Made by a program: the position numbers and the translations under genes. 64,000 nucleotides of DNA from Neoechinorhynchus agilis (taxonomy: Eukaryota; Animalia; Acanthocephala). A model generated the notes under the pieces. It was not told where the DNA came from, did no database searches, and saw only the letters and a list, made by a program, of their open reading frames with translations. The DNA lies in contig CM121342.1 in NCBI GenBank assembly GCA_051530055.1, positions 778,797 to 842,796 of the forward strand, read 5' to 3'. Below, piece by piece: positions 35,441-46,789 of this stretch; the first letter of the stretch is position 1; each line of letters opens with the position of its first letter.

Positions 35441-36039
35441 TGGAAACAGTGATGATTCTTTTTACGAAATTGGCACACTCCAGATCGCTTTTAAGAAAAC
35501 CTCACATCAAATTTATTTTCACAATACGTTTTGAAAAGAAATAACCTGATTTTAGGAATTTATTTACCACCTTCAAAAATTGCTGATTTGTTAACACATC
35601 CCTTAATTGCTTATTTTACTCTCTCAAATAAATTTAGTAATAAATTGCAAAGATTTTCCGCCAATTTAACATTACCTCCACGACACTCATGTCAGCAGTT
35701 TATAGAATTTTCTTAACTAAGATTTGTTTTTACTGCTCCAATAGGCATTGCACCATATACATATGGACAAGAACAACTTGTATCTTATTTCATATTCTCT
35801 AAGGGTAATGAAGGAAAGTAGGAGGGAACAAAAGAGATCGCTCAAACTTAGCTTCTACTTTCCTTCAGCCTCTAACTCCTATGCTTATAGATGACAAAAA
35901 ATGAAGTGATAGATAGCTATTATCATGTAAAACAGTATGCATGCGTAAATAAATACAAACCATCGATAGAAAGTCCTTCGGGATAATAAAATTACACTTT
36001 CGGTGAGAATAATCCCGGTCATTACATATTTTATTTATT

Positions 36040-36076
36040 CGAAATATTTCGCGAGGTATCCTCGCCTCTTCAGTCA
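36040..36076 (-). ncRNA. Minimal type-I hammerhead ribozyme motif, family A
   Basis: TGA-CTGAAGA-G-GCGAGG-ATA-CCTCGC-GAAA-TA-TT-TCG. Confidence 0.75.
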
Positions 36077-36127
36077 TTGTTAAAGTGTTTTATTCCCACT
36101 TAAATCGGGAATAAAACACTTTAACAA

Positions 36128-36164
36128 TGACTGAAGAGGCGAGGATACCTCGCGAAATATTTCG
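36128..36164 (+). ncRNA. Minimal type-I hammerhead ribozyme motif, family A (mirror copy)
   Basis: Same sequence as 36040-36076 on the opposite strand: 6-bp stem II, intact CUGANGA/GAAA core. Confidence 0.75.
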
Positions 36165-36918
36165 AATAAATAAAATATGTAATGACCGGGATTATTCTCA
36201 CCGAAAGTGTAATAAATACAAACCTTACGCTGTTTCGACATTGGATGCATTCAATCGATCTATTATAGGCTATAGACTTGCACGTGTAATTAATCTAATT
36301 CGACTATCTGAATACTTTTAGGGTAAACAAATGAATGCATGGGACCGAAATAGCAATTTGAACAATGGTTTTTAAATTCAATGCTCATCATAAAACTTGT
36401 AAGAAGATAAAAGAAGATTGATAAGTTGATCTAAAAAGGAAATTTAAGGTGGCAACAAACATTATAACCCGCGATTCGGCTACTGGTGCGAAATGTAGCC
36501 ATGAAATCCTATGAAAGTTTAAGAACAAATAATATTAAGTTATGGATGTTTGACCCATACTGTGCAGGCGTAATAGATTTTCTGCCATTTATCAGCGATC
36601 AGACTTGGATATTCGATAGGCAGAATACTCAATATTTTCTTGTGATCCTTACAAACGGATGTTGCACGTAATATATTTAGGCTATGGGGAACAAGCAAGG
36701 TATCTTGTTGATCGCATTAAAAATATTGATATGTACGTAAATGTCGTTTTGACGTCGTCCAAAACTGAACATAAAATTCAAGAGTATCAATTATCGAAAA
36801 CTTTCGCTGATCTTTACCATATCATTGGTTTTGAACTTACCAATCCTTTTGTTTAGCGACCGGACGCCAATACAGATAGCATAAAATTTTCACCGAGTCT
36901 TGTTATATTCAATTTTAA

Positions 36919-38174
36919 ATGCGACAAAATCAAGAAAAAACACACAAGCAAGAATTTGATCCAAATAGTCATGTTAAATGTAATGAGCAACAACAAGCTT
37001 GGAATAATGAACAAATGCAAAATACTCAACCACAGCCAGTTACCCAAAACGTTGAGCCAAGTGACCGGCAACCTAATTTCGTAAGCAATCCTCCACAAAA
37101 CTGGTACAGCCCTCAGACAGTGTCAATGGCCCACCAATTTCAACATCAAATCCCGCAATATCAAGCCATTAATACTGAACAGCAGGAAAGGTTCAACGTT
37201 GAACAAAACGCTGCCCTTAATAACACGGTTGGGCTACATCAGCATAGGTGCCCACGAGTACCATCTGATCAACAGCAAAGAGCCGTGGAACAGACATTAG
37301 ATTCGGAATACACTGAAGCTCGTAGGCGAACCCTGGAAGCCATGTAAGTGAACTTGACAGTTGTTGTTTATCTCAAATTCTAACCATTGCAGGAGAAGGT
37401 TAACGGTTACGCATTTTATGCAATTACAGAATTCGCCGGAGTCCATCGAAGCGGAGCTGTTCAATGTTTCACCAAGCATGTCAGACTATCTTGTGAACAC
37501 TGAATTATTCATTTGCAATCTAAAGCTAGACCTTGACAGGAAGCTAAGAGAAGTCGGCAGGCGCCCGAATACTAAGTTACAGCAAGCTGCTGAAGCACAA
37601 GCTTGCGTCGGAATTTCCCAAAGCGCAGAAGAGGAAACGCGAAAAGAACCGTCCAGAAGAACTAAACGGTCAAAGAAGATTAGTGCAGAAGATGTCGTAC
37701 CGGAGGACCTACGAGAATGGAAGCAATATTATTATATTGAATCTATAATTCCAATAATGGTAAAATTCGTTGAAATGGCCGACAAGGGAATCATCAAAGG
37801 TAAGATATTGTAACTATTTGTTATCCGAAGCAAGTCTTTCTCTTATAACAAAATTAAAATTTCTAGGCCTTAAAGGTGATATCGTTGCTCGAACAATTGA
37901 AATAGTGAGGAAGTTCAAAGAGAGGTCACCGATAGAGGCTATGGATCTGGACCGAATTAGACGTTTTGTATGGGCCGAATTGATTCCAATGATGGCGGAA
38001 CATCGAGTCCCGTACGAAGGACCAAGAGAAAACTTAAACCCCGCTCAAATGGATTATGTTACGATGCTGCACATTGTAGGCCGGAAAAAAGACGAGAAAC
38101 AGAAGGACGAACGACCTATGGAGGCCGCAACGGGAACGATGGACAATGAGTGCGACAAAGTAGTGGAGCGATAA
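36919..38174 (+). CDS. Three-exon orphan protein with Gln-rich N-terminus (~379 aa)
   Basis: Exons 36919-37343, 37393-37799, 37867-38174. Introns GTAAGT...CTAAC...CAG (49 nt) and GTAAGA...TAG (67 nt) join three ORFs in frame (1140 nt). Confidence 0.8.
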
Positions 38175-38399
38175 TAAAACGAGTAATAGTTCGGGTCCAT
38201 TGTAGTATGGAAATTTTAAACCATCTTGTGGAATACTACTTAATTTTTCAGTCGCATGATTTATCAGGTTTTTTTCAATTTAAACTTGGCCGGGTTCGAG
38301 TTTCCGCCGTCTTACGGCTTCCTCGGTAATCTGCAAAGGCGCGTGGTTTGCAATACCAACTGAAATCCGTGACTTGATTAACTTTGAAACACAAATTCA

Positions 38400-39100
38400 G
38401 AAATTTCAGATAACCCGATGGTTTGTCTCGCGTCACCTTTAATTCCTCTATTGGGATCCATAGAATTCAACCTCCTCTCCATGTTATCGACCTTACAATC
38501 CTCTCTTCAGGTGAACAGCAAATCATCCACATAGCGGAGATAAATTTGGCTCGACGTTAAATGTGGGAAGATACGTTGCTTTTCCAAATCATCGAGGAAA
38601 AGAATTGCCAAGATGGGAGCAAGGCTGTTTCCCATTTACCGTCCACGGATTTTTTTATAAAGTCGGTCTTTATATCGAATGAAGTTTCACTCTTAAATTT
38701 TTCGAGTCAATCGAATCATGTCCGCCAGTAGCATTCCGAATAGGTTTTAAGTTCGCTTTGTTCTCATCCAACCACTTCTCGAGTGCACGAACAGCTCCCT
38801 CATTGTCGATGTTCGTATAGAGACAAAATCAAAAGGCATAACCTGGCTACCATTTAAGTCATTGCATCGAGCATTCAGAAAATTGAGTAAGTCCTCCACA
38901 TTCCGCAAATATGAATTTGTTCCCTAGAGCAGTAGGCTAATCGCCATCACCATTAAGTGAGATAATCGGTGCGCTGGTCCATTGATTACCGAAATAATTG
39001 GTTTGCATTTAAGCGCGGGCCGACCGAACATAATGTGGAAAATTTATACTTATCCAAGCTTTATTTTGTAAACTAGGATTTGTTTTCTAAAAGTAGACAT
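38400..39100 (-). mobile_element. Penelope-like RT remnant
   Basis: Minus frames CKPIISVINGPAHRLS, SYLRNVEDLL, MGNSLAPILAILFLDDLE, YLRYVDDL. Confidence 0.8.
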
Positions 39101-39874
39101 TTGATCGCTGATCGTTTCACGAGTATGGCAGTGTCGAAATTACATTCCAGGAGCGAAGTGGCGATATTAATGATGAGATTGACTTGAGTTTGTGAATGTT
39201 TTAAGAAATCACTCTTGAATTTTCTGCGCAATTGTAAACTGGGTGATAAAGTCGCAGACGATAAATTTTGCTTTCATACACTTGCTTTTAACTCAATATC
39301 ATAGATCGTTGTTGTGAAACAGTCATTGTCAATGAATTAAATGTTTGAGAATAAAATTTAAAAATAAAAAAGAATGAATTCGTTCGAAAATAAAAACATC
39401 TAATTGAACGAGGCTAGATTTAATCAAATAAGAATAAATTGATGTCTCTAGTGTCGTATTTTGATTGGTAATACCTAACAAATTTCGCTAATAAAGTCAA
39501 GTAATAGAAAGATTAGTTATATCATGAAGCTATTTTCTCAATAAGCATGCATAAACGTTTAAAGAGTAGATAGTCTCACGCGACATAATTGCTCATTTTT
39601 TAAAGCTGGAATAAAACATTAGCGAAATCGACAATGTTTTCAAAAAGAACTGTGTACTCGCATTGAAGCTTAAAAACAAAACAGCAATTACAAAATTCAC
39701 CAGTTATCTAAATAATATTGATACGCGTGATAAAACATCTCGAGTATATAAGCAAGTCATGAGCGCTCACATGGATACAATTTCTTACCATGCTAACACT
39801 TCAACATCCCTCTGTCGATATTGCTTTTCCTTTGAATTAAGTTTTCAGAAATCTTTCTAGTCTGTTTAAGATCA

Positions 39875-40936
39875 ATGAATGAAAACGGCAGAAGTTCACA
39901 GATTCCATCATCGATCGGGGATCACCTACCTTCTTAAGCGATAACTAATCAAACTGATCAGGCTGAAAAAGAAATAAAACAGGAACCATTCAGCCCAAGT
40001 TCAGAGTCACAGGGTGCTCTTAAAAAAGAGCAGCAACATCCGTCCACGCCGACTTATTTCAAACAAGAACACCAGAAAATAAATGATCGAAATCAATCCT
40101 TTCAATCGAATCAGAATTACGAAAATCCTACGGGTCCAATCAGAAATCGATACGTCTGTGCAGAATGCGGATGTTATCGACACCAAGCAATGTTGCCAAG
40201 GATGGGACGATTTGTGAATACGGGACCGGAGCTAAACCAGTTCTATCCACCAATTCAACGTCCAACATTCGGACCCTATTTTCATTATGGAGGCGGACAC
40301 CATATCTTCTCAAATAATCTTCCGAATCAACAATTGCCTCCGAACGTCGAATTCGCCTATCGATCGCCAGATCCACCACTCGAGATGTTTAGTCAAATTC
40401 GGGGCATGCCGCCGTATAATATTTTATCCCAAATGCCACCATTATTACAAATGCATTGCCTTGGTTCAACTCAACATGGACAATTTCCACAGTCCAATAT
40501 CGATCCTGAATTCGGAGTATTTCCGATGCCAATGCAGCAGCTCGCCATGCTCGCTCAAAACAAATTGTTTAGCGAGCAATCTCAATATCAAGTTCAACCT
40601 CGAAAACCAAAAAAAACCCACAAATTTTCCAGCATAAATGAACGTGTTCAAAAGGTGCAAGCAAATGTTCAACACGTCGTCAAAGCTGAACCGCAATACC
40701 GACAGAAGGTGTCCAATCTTCAAGTAGACGATGACAATACAGATACAACAAATCAATCCGAGGATGATGATAAGGAATCAATTACCGAAAGTGCGATGTT
40801 AGAGGCTTTGATCAATGAATCGATATCTGACGACACAAAGGATGCTTTCGATTCTGACGACACAAAGGATGCTTTCGATTCTGACGACACAAAGGATGCT
40901 TTCGATTCTGACGACACAAAGGATGCTTTCGATTAA
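39875..40936 (+). CDS. Orphan Pro/Gln-rich protein with CxxC motif and C-terminal 9-aa repeats (probably two exons)
   Basis: Frame is open from 39939 to 40936. A 45-nt GT..AG intron (39894-39938, weak donor) would join it to ATG 39875. Contains YVCAECGC. Confidence 0.55.
40826..40933 (+). repeat. Perfect 27-bp tandem repeat x4 (SDDTKDAFD)
   Basis: Unit tctgacgacacaaaggatgctttcgat, no spacers, followed directly by TAA. Confidence 0.97.
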
Positions 40937-41426
40937 AGATTCCAGAGACAACAAAATATTAGAAAACTTTGCAATTTGGGTTTGCTAGTGTTCTAGAAGC
41001 ACAATTTTCGGTATCTGTGCGTTGCTTATTTAACCCAAACAACAAAAAATAGAAACGAAGGAAAAAACGATTGGCTTTACCTAAGAAATAATTTTGACAA
41101 CTAGAGTGCCCAACATCTTCGAACAGCGAAAAACAACAAACAAAGAATCAAGACAGTCTTTCAGATAGAATGAAGTGTAGAAAAATACACTGATATTGAT
41201 ATTCCAGATCGCATCTATGGCACAACGTATCCCTGCTCTTGACGACTGATCGCTCTTTCTTATATGTGAAAATCAGAGCGGCGATCACGTTTTTTAAATG
41301 GACATCAGCGATCAAAGATTAGTGATCTTAAAAGGACCCTTAGTGACTTTGAGGATTTCAAATATGGCATCATAAATATCGATATATCATCGAATTCCGA
41401 AAGGAAAAATTCGACAATATTGTTCT

Positions 41427-42465
41427 CACTTTCCAAGATATTCTCACCTCTTCAGTCAGATCTCTATTGAGGTTGTTTGCTGTAAGATTTTTATTGTATA
41501 CTATGTTAAGTTTTTGTTGTTTTGCAAGTAGATAGTAGGCTGTGGTAATGCGGACAGGGTCAGTGCATGATTAGATTTATTGCCTTCCTTTCTTGAGTTT
41601 GATCCTTTATGTACGGCTTCAAGGACTAATGTTCTTGTCAGGAGAAGTTCAGTGCAAATAAAAGACACATTATGGAAGTTGCTGGTACTTCACAATAGCC
41701 GAGGATTTGTCGAACCTACGACAAGCCTGTCTATGTTGAACAACTCTATTTTTGACCACTCGTAATGTCTGCCTTACGCAAACCTTCTTGCATTGTGAAC
41801 AAGGGATATTGTATACACCATTCATAGTATCTTACCTGTGTTTTATTCTGAGTGTACCAGCTACAATTTCTCTAGATTTGGTGTAGAGTATCAAGTTTCT
41901 CGTTCTATGTTCAAGCTTACAGAGTATACGGTACGCATCATCAATAAAAAGAGGTAAGCACTGCAAATATTTGAAGCCCGTCACTAGTTTCTCGTACTTT
42001 TCTACAACCCGTTAACATGGCTCGTCTAATACCCAATTTAGTGATCCAGTCTGGGTACCTTCTGTCCCTCAAGACTGCTGATTATCTTCTCCTCCTTGTA
42101 CCATGCCTTAGTACTAGACGCAATAGACTTAGCTTTCCTGAAGTACGATACTGTTATAGTATTTTTGCTTTTCATGGGATAATGGCTCAACCTGTAAAAT
42201 AGGCCCGATGGAATATATTTGGTTTCCGGTAAACCTGTGTGCTAATAGTATCATCGTCGTATCTTTTGACACTAACCTTAAGCAATGCTATTGTTCCATC
42301 TTCACTTTTTGGAGTCATAGTCCATTGTATTTTCCTATCTTCACTTTCGGGGTTTCACTTTGTGTCTTTAAGCTAACATCATCTTTCGAGAACGTAACAT
42401 GATACATGATAAAAATTCAACAGTAAACAAACGCAACAGAGAAATCTGACTGAAGAAGTGAGGAA
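41427..42465 (-). mobile_element. Penelope-like remnant with decayed family-A HHR at both ends
   Basis: VYNIPCSQCKK...NRVVQHRQACRRFDKSSAI. 3' sense motif TGA-CTGAAGA-G-GTGAGA-ATA-TCTTG-GAAA (41430-41458); outward-facing partial copy at 42444-42465 (+). Confidence 0.7.
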
Positions 42466-43025
42466 AATAGTAGATTGAGGAATAATTCATTGAGCGGGGG
42501 GGGAGTATACCTCGTCAAATTAAAGTTATTTATCGTGGTTACTTTAAACGTTTGCCGTTGAATGTCTATTACGCGTCACAGTCTCAGGTTTTTCTCCTTA
42601 TAGTCGCCCTATTTTTTTATCAAACTTCTCATCTTCGTATTCCACCGTAGATTCCGTCAGCATTTCCTCTCCTTAAAAACCACCTATTTAACTTGGTGAA
42701 AAAACGGCCGAGGAATTCACATCCCGTTTTAACAATCGAACAAGAGCGTTTTAAATCACAATTATAAAGAACGCTGGTAAAGTGATAACACTATCAAAAT
42801 AAAAAATTATGTACGAGATCCAATTCAAAAAAGCTTTAATAATAATATCGTTTTCAATGGTATTTAAAAGTTGGCTTCAGCTCACCATTTTTAAATTCTA
42901 AACGCATTACGGGTTTTTTTTCATTCTATCGATAGTGCGGATGAAATGATCGGAGAAGAATATCCTACAGTTCACCCACCTTTACGACCACGTTGGCTCT
43001 ATTTTCCGAGAGACCATAAACAAGT

Positions 43026-43628
43026 TCATTTAAGGGTATACAGTTTCCCATTTTTATCACTCGCATTTCCGGTCCCATGGCGATCATATTGCAAAAATGA
43101 TTTGATACCAGCAATTTCTTTCCAAGTCAACGCGATTGATTCTTGAGCAGCGGCATCGTCTGGAAACCTGGTCCAGAGAGTGACCTTATCCTTTCGTTCA
43201 AAGGAATTCGCATTACTTCGTATTTGAAACCGAACCCCGCAAATGAGGTCACTTCCGTCCTTCTCCAACTGCGAGCCAATAAGAGCCATCAATGTTTCGA
43301 GCCAAATCGAATCTAATTCATCAGCCTGACGAATGACTAAAATCCATGAACCACCATCCACGTTCATCGGATCTTCCCACGTAGGTTTAATTCCATCGCG
43401 GAAAAAGTAATAGTCACATCCTCGTGGTAAGTGCCTCGGTAACTTTACATGATTCAGAAGTCGCCAGAATTCGATAACGGTTCCGACAGTACACAGCTTT
43501 CGCAAATCAGAATCCCATAGGCTAGAACTTGAAGATGGATCAGGGTCCCGAACCCATAAACTCCATTTATGAATCAACGGATAATCAACACCGACATCTA
43601 CCCCCTTCGCTCCATGGCCGTCTTCCAT
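43026..43628 (-). CDS. EIF4E: Eukaryotic translation initiation factor 4E, class-I-like (200 aa)
   Basis: All eight conserved Trp positions present (KW.LW, W56-equivalent, EFW, PTWED, GG.W, IW.E, LW); DY..F.DGI.P.WED motif. Confidence 0.93.
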   Translation of the reverse strand: MEDGHGAKGVDVGVDYPLIHKWSLWVRDPDPSSSSSLWDSDLRKLCTVGTVIEFWRLLNHVKLPRHLPRGCDYYFFRDGIKPTWEDPMNVDGGSWILVIRQADELDSIWLETLMALIGSQLEKDGSDLICGVRFQIRSNANSFERKDKVTLWTRFPDDAAAQESIALTWKEIAGIKSFLQYDRHGTGNASDKNGKLYTLK

Positions 43629-44914
43629 CTTCGTTTGCAATAAACGTGAATTTCCGGAAAAAATAAAATTCCCGTGACGCCACTCACGCACGGAAGAATC
43701 ATAGACGTTTTTTTTGCAAAATCGTTACTGCCGCTTAATTGCCATTTTGTTGTTTTTTCCGCAAAATCCGTCTCGCTGTATTTCTAAAGTATCAACTGTT
43801 TGCGCCATAAACGTGCACATTCTTGCGCGTAGCGCATTGTTTTTATCGCTTTTGCTAATTATCAATAATAACATTTTAGCGCATTTAGATAAAAAGACGT
43901 AAAAAATAAGTTAAAGCAAATTCCATCGAAGTTTTATACTCTTTTAACCTCTGCCTTCCAATTACTTTTTTCATAACTCCATGATTTTAAGAGTTGCTTT
44001 AAAATGAACACTTTCTGTGTTGAAGTTGAGGCCTTTTTCACGACTGGTTCTTTTCCTTGGGCACACAACCCACCGATATAAGTCAAAGATGCGAATGAAT
44101 CACTTGATAACCTGAACAATACCGTTATGAGTTTGTACATCCCTTTGGATTCTCAGATACCTCCATGTGACGGGACTCATCAGTGACTTTATTCCCTTCA
44201 GCGGCATTTCGTTCTTTCCCTGAACCAGATCGGTAAGCTGTGTGCTCAAGCAAAATTTATTAGTCGTGGAAAAGGCCACACTTAAACAGAGAATAAATGT
44301 AACCGGCTAGCCAGACTTAAAAAATTAAACACTTTCTTGATTGTAGCATTATAAAAATTATTTCTGCATAAGGTTGAGGTCATTTTCCTTATGATAGAAG
44401 TGTATCCTTGATCAAATCTATCCTGCGAGACTTAGCGAACATCTCATTGGATTTTCCTAAATTTTAAATAATTTCCTAGTCAGAATTTTTTAATCGATTT
44501 TTGAAAGGAAGAAAATGTTTCATGGGCATGTTTCTAATTTTCTGATCTTATATTTGTTAATCTTCAACCTGAAATTAACGGTTAATGCCGAACTCTTCAT
44601 GTGGAATATTTGTACCGAGAAACTTCTTAAATGGACTTTGTTTTGTATCCATCATTATTCATAAACATCGTCGTTCTTTAGAAGTAATCTAATTTGTTGA
44701 CGAATGACTTATACACTTGTTTTTGTTTTCAAATTGTTGTTCCCTTTGAATATATACCTTGCAACAGAATGTCTTTGTTTTAACCTCTCTGGTTGCGCCA
44801 ACCGGAAAAACAATCTTTTTTGGGTAGTTTCCAAGCAATAAGACGGTTGCAGTTTTTAGAGCATGAAAGATTTTTTAAAGCAAAATGTTTAAAGTTTCTT
44901 CTTTGGTTTCGGGT

Positions 44915-45085
44915 CATTTGGTACCACGGCACAGGACCTCGTCAAGCAATTGTCTAAGAGATTGAGACGAATCACTGGCGATCCGAGATCAGGAGCATTC
45001 CTCCTACAAAACATAAGTCTAACGAGGGAACACTGCATCCGTCCTTTCGAACGTTTAAATCAGGACGGCAGCTGAGCGATCCAAT
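44915..45085 (+). mobile_element. CRE-clade 3' fragment (subfamily B)
   Basis: ggcacaggacctcgtcaagcaattgtc...cgatccgagatcaggagc matches 4249-4320. Confidence 0.75.
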
Positions 45086-45408
45086 ACTTCAAAAAATGAT
45101 TAAAAACTTTTTTAAATAGCCATTTTGTTTAAAACCTGTTATTAAACTTTAGAACAATAAGCTTCAATTTTAAACAACGGAATTTAATATAAAAATATAA
45201 ATAAAGTTGTCGTGTTAAAGAAATTCATGAGTTCCAGGTAATTTATGAATATTTCTTAAAGTATTTTTCAACTATACGCCTTTCGAGCCAATGCTTTTTG
45301 AGAAATAATTGAAAGTTTTAAAAGACCAATAAAATCTACACTCCTACGAATTCATAAAAAAATTAAGTATGAGATTGGAAAATTACACATCATATCTTTA
45401 TTTTAGAT

Positions 45409-46479
45409 ATGGTTATGCCTCATCCTCCAAGTTTGAAGAATGATTCGAATAAGTGCTTCGTGAATAGCAGTCTTCAAGCATTGTTCTATAATCGTCCGCT
45501 CTGCCGATGGATATTTGCCTATACGGAAAAGAGGTGCGCACCAATGGAAGAGGGGACAAAGTTTTGTCTTAAATGCGAGATGAAAAGAATCTTTGCCAGC
45601 ATGAGGAAAGCAAGAGATCGGCCAATCGATGCAGCAAGCAATTTGATTAAACAACTCTGTCGTTTTGGGAATTTCACTTTCAATCAACAGTCAGATGCCA
45701 ATGAATTTATGCTTATATTATTGGATCGAACGATGAAGTCTTTTCGAGAATACCATGAACAAGAATTCTGTGCCTACTGGTCGAATGGTCGTCGTGGATA
45801 CAAGTTGAATTTCGATATAGAGTACCGGTGTCCGGAATGTAACGAGATAAATTCAGGATCTGAGGAGTCCGACATGGTTCCAGTTTTCGCAAACGGGCAA
45901 CCGCAGCATCTCAATCACATTCTCGATGAGTATATCGGTAAACCGAATCGATGTGACAAACGATGTGAACGCTGCGGAAATCAAATGGATCAAATACGAA
46001 AAATCCGAAACACTCCGGACAGTCTGATCTTCACCATTTTCCCAGATATTCATCATCTCAGAGAAGGACATCGAGTTACGATTCCGGTTCGTTTGGACTT
46101 AACGAATTTCTGTCAAGGTCACAATGTCCGGTACCACTTGACCTCGGCGGTATTGCATCATTCGGATGTTACTGAGTATGGACACTACACGTCCATCGTT
46201 CGTCATGATCGCCAAAGTTGGTTCACAGTTAGCGATCAATTGGTAAAACAATTAAATCCGGGTTCCACATCAGAATCATTTAAAAGAGCTTATGTCGTCA
46301 TATACCAAATAGCTTTAGCAAAGGACCCGGAAATCCTTCCCAAAACAGCCGTAAAAAGAAAACGAAGAGCGTCTATAAGCGATGGAACCGATTCGTCCAC
46401 AAATAGCAATCGATGCAATGAATGGCAATATATGAAGTCACCAAAAAGAATGAGGGGCTTAATCACGAGATTGCGTTAG
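45409..46479 (+). CDS. Ubiquitin-specific protease (peptidase C19, USP36/42/17-like catalytic domain), 356 aa
   Basis: Cys box LKNDSNKCFVNSSLQAL, QQSDANEF, Zn-finger CxxC pairs, His box GHYTS...WFTVSD. A putative 40-nt intron at 45367-45406 lies just before the ATG. Confidence 0.92.
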   Translation: MVMPHPPSLKNDSNKCFVNSSLQALFYNRPLCRWIFAYTEKRCAPMEEGTKFCLKCEMKRIFASMRKARDRPIDAASNLIKQLCRFGNFTFNQQSDANEFMLILLDRTMKSFREYHEQEFCAYWSNGRRGYKLNFDIEYRCPECNEINSGSEESDMVPVFANGQPQHLNHILDEYIGKPNRCDKRCERCGNQMDQIRKIRNTPDSLIFTIFPDIHHLREGHRVTIPVRLDLTNFCQGHNVRYHLTSAVLHHSDVTEYGHYTSIVRHDRQSWFTVSDQLVKQLNPGSTSESFKRAYVVIYQIALAKDPEILPKTAVKRKRRASISDGTDSSTNSNRCNEWQYMKSPKRMRGLITRLR

Positions 46480-46789
46480 TGGAGGTCGATGATGTACGAT
46501 TAATATAAATAAAATTACCTTTAAATGGGTGATTACAACATTCGAATTCGCCAAGATTTTTCGATTGGTTGCTTATTTTAAATCGGAATTCAAATTACGA
46601 AGCAATGAAAAATACAGAACTCTGTTTGCAGGCAATATTTATGCATTCTAGAATAGTTGAACACACAAATTTCTCCGATTTCACGTACCTTTTTCTAATT
46701 TCAATCGAAATTTCCTCGGTTCATTTCCTTCTTGGATCGAACCAACTTTCAAAGAGCTCTCCTTATTACAATAAACATTCCATCTTTTT

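Larger units (their letters stand above)
35948..36224. mobile_element. Perfect 107-bp palindrome carrying two family-A HHRs, flanked by a 14-bp direct repeat
   Basis: Arms 35991-36097 and 36107-36213 are exact reverse complements with a 9-nt loop. aataaatacaaacc occurs at 35948-35961 and 36211-36224. Confidence 0.88.

Noticed and set aside
35865-36321. Two ORFs beginning with identical MTEEARIPREIFRINKICNDRDYSHRKCN
   Set aside because: Artefact of the 107-bp palindrome; the shared part is the ribozyme and tail sequence.
40826-40933. CRISPR-like or HHR-like array (unit contains CTGACGA)
   Set aside because: No spacers, no GAAA on the same strand, and it lies in frame within a eukaryotic ORF.
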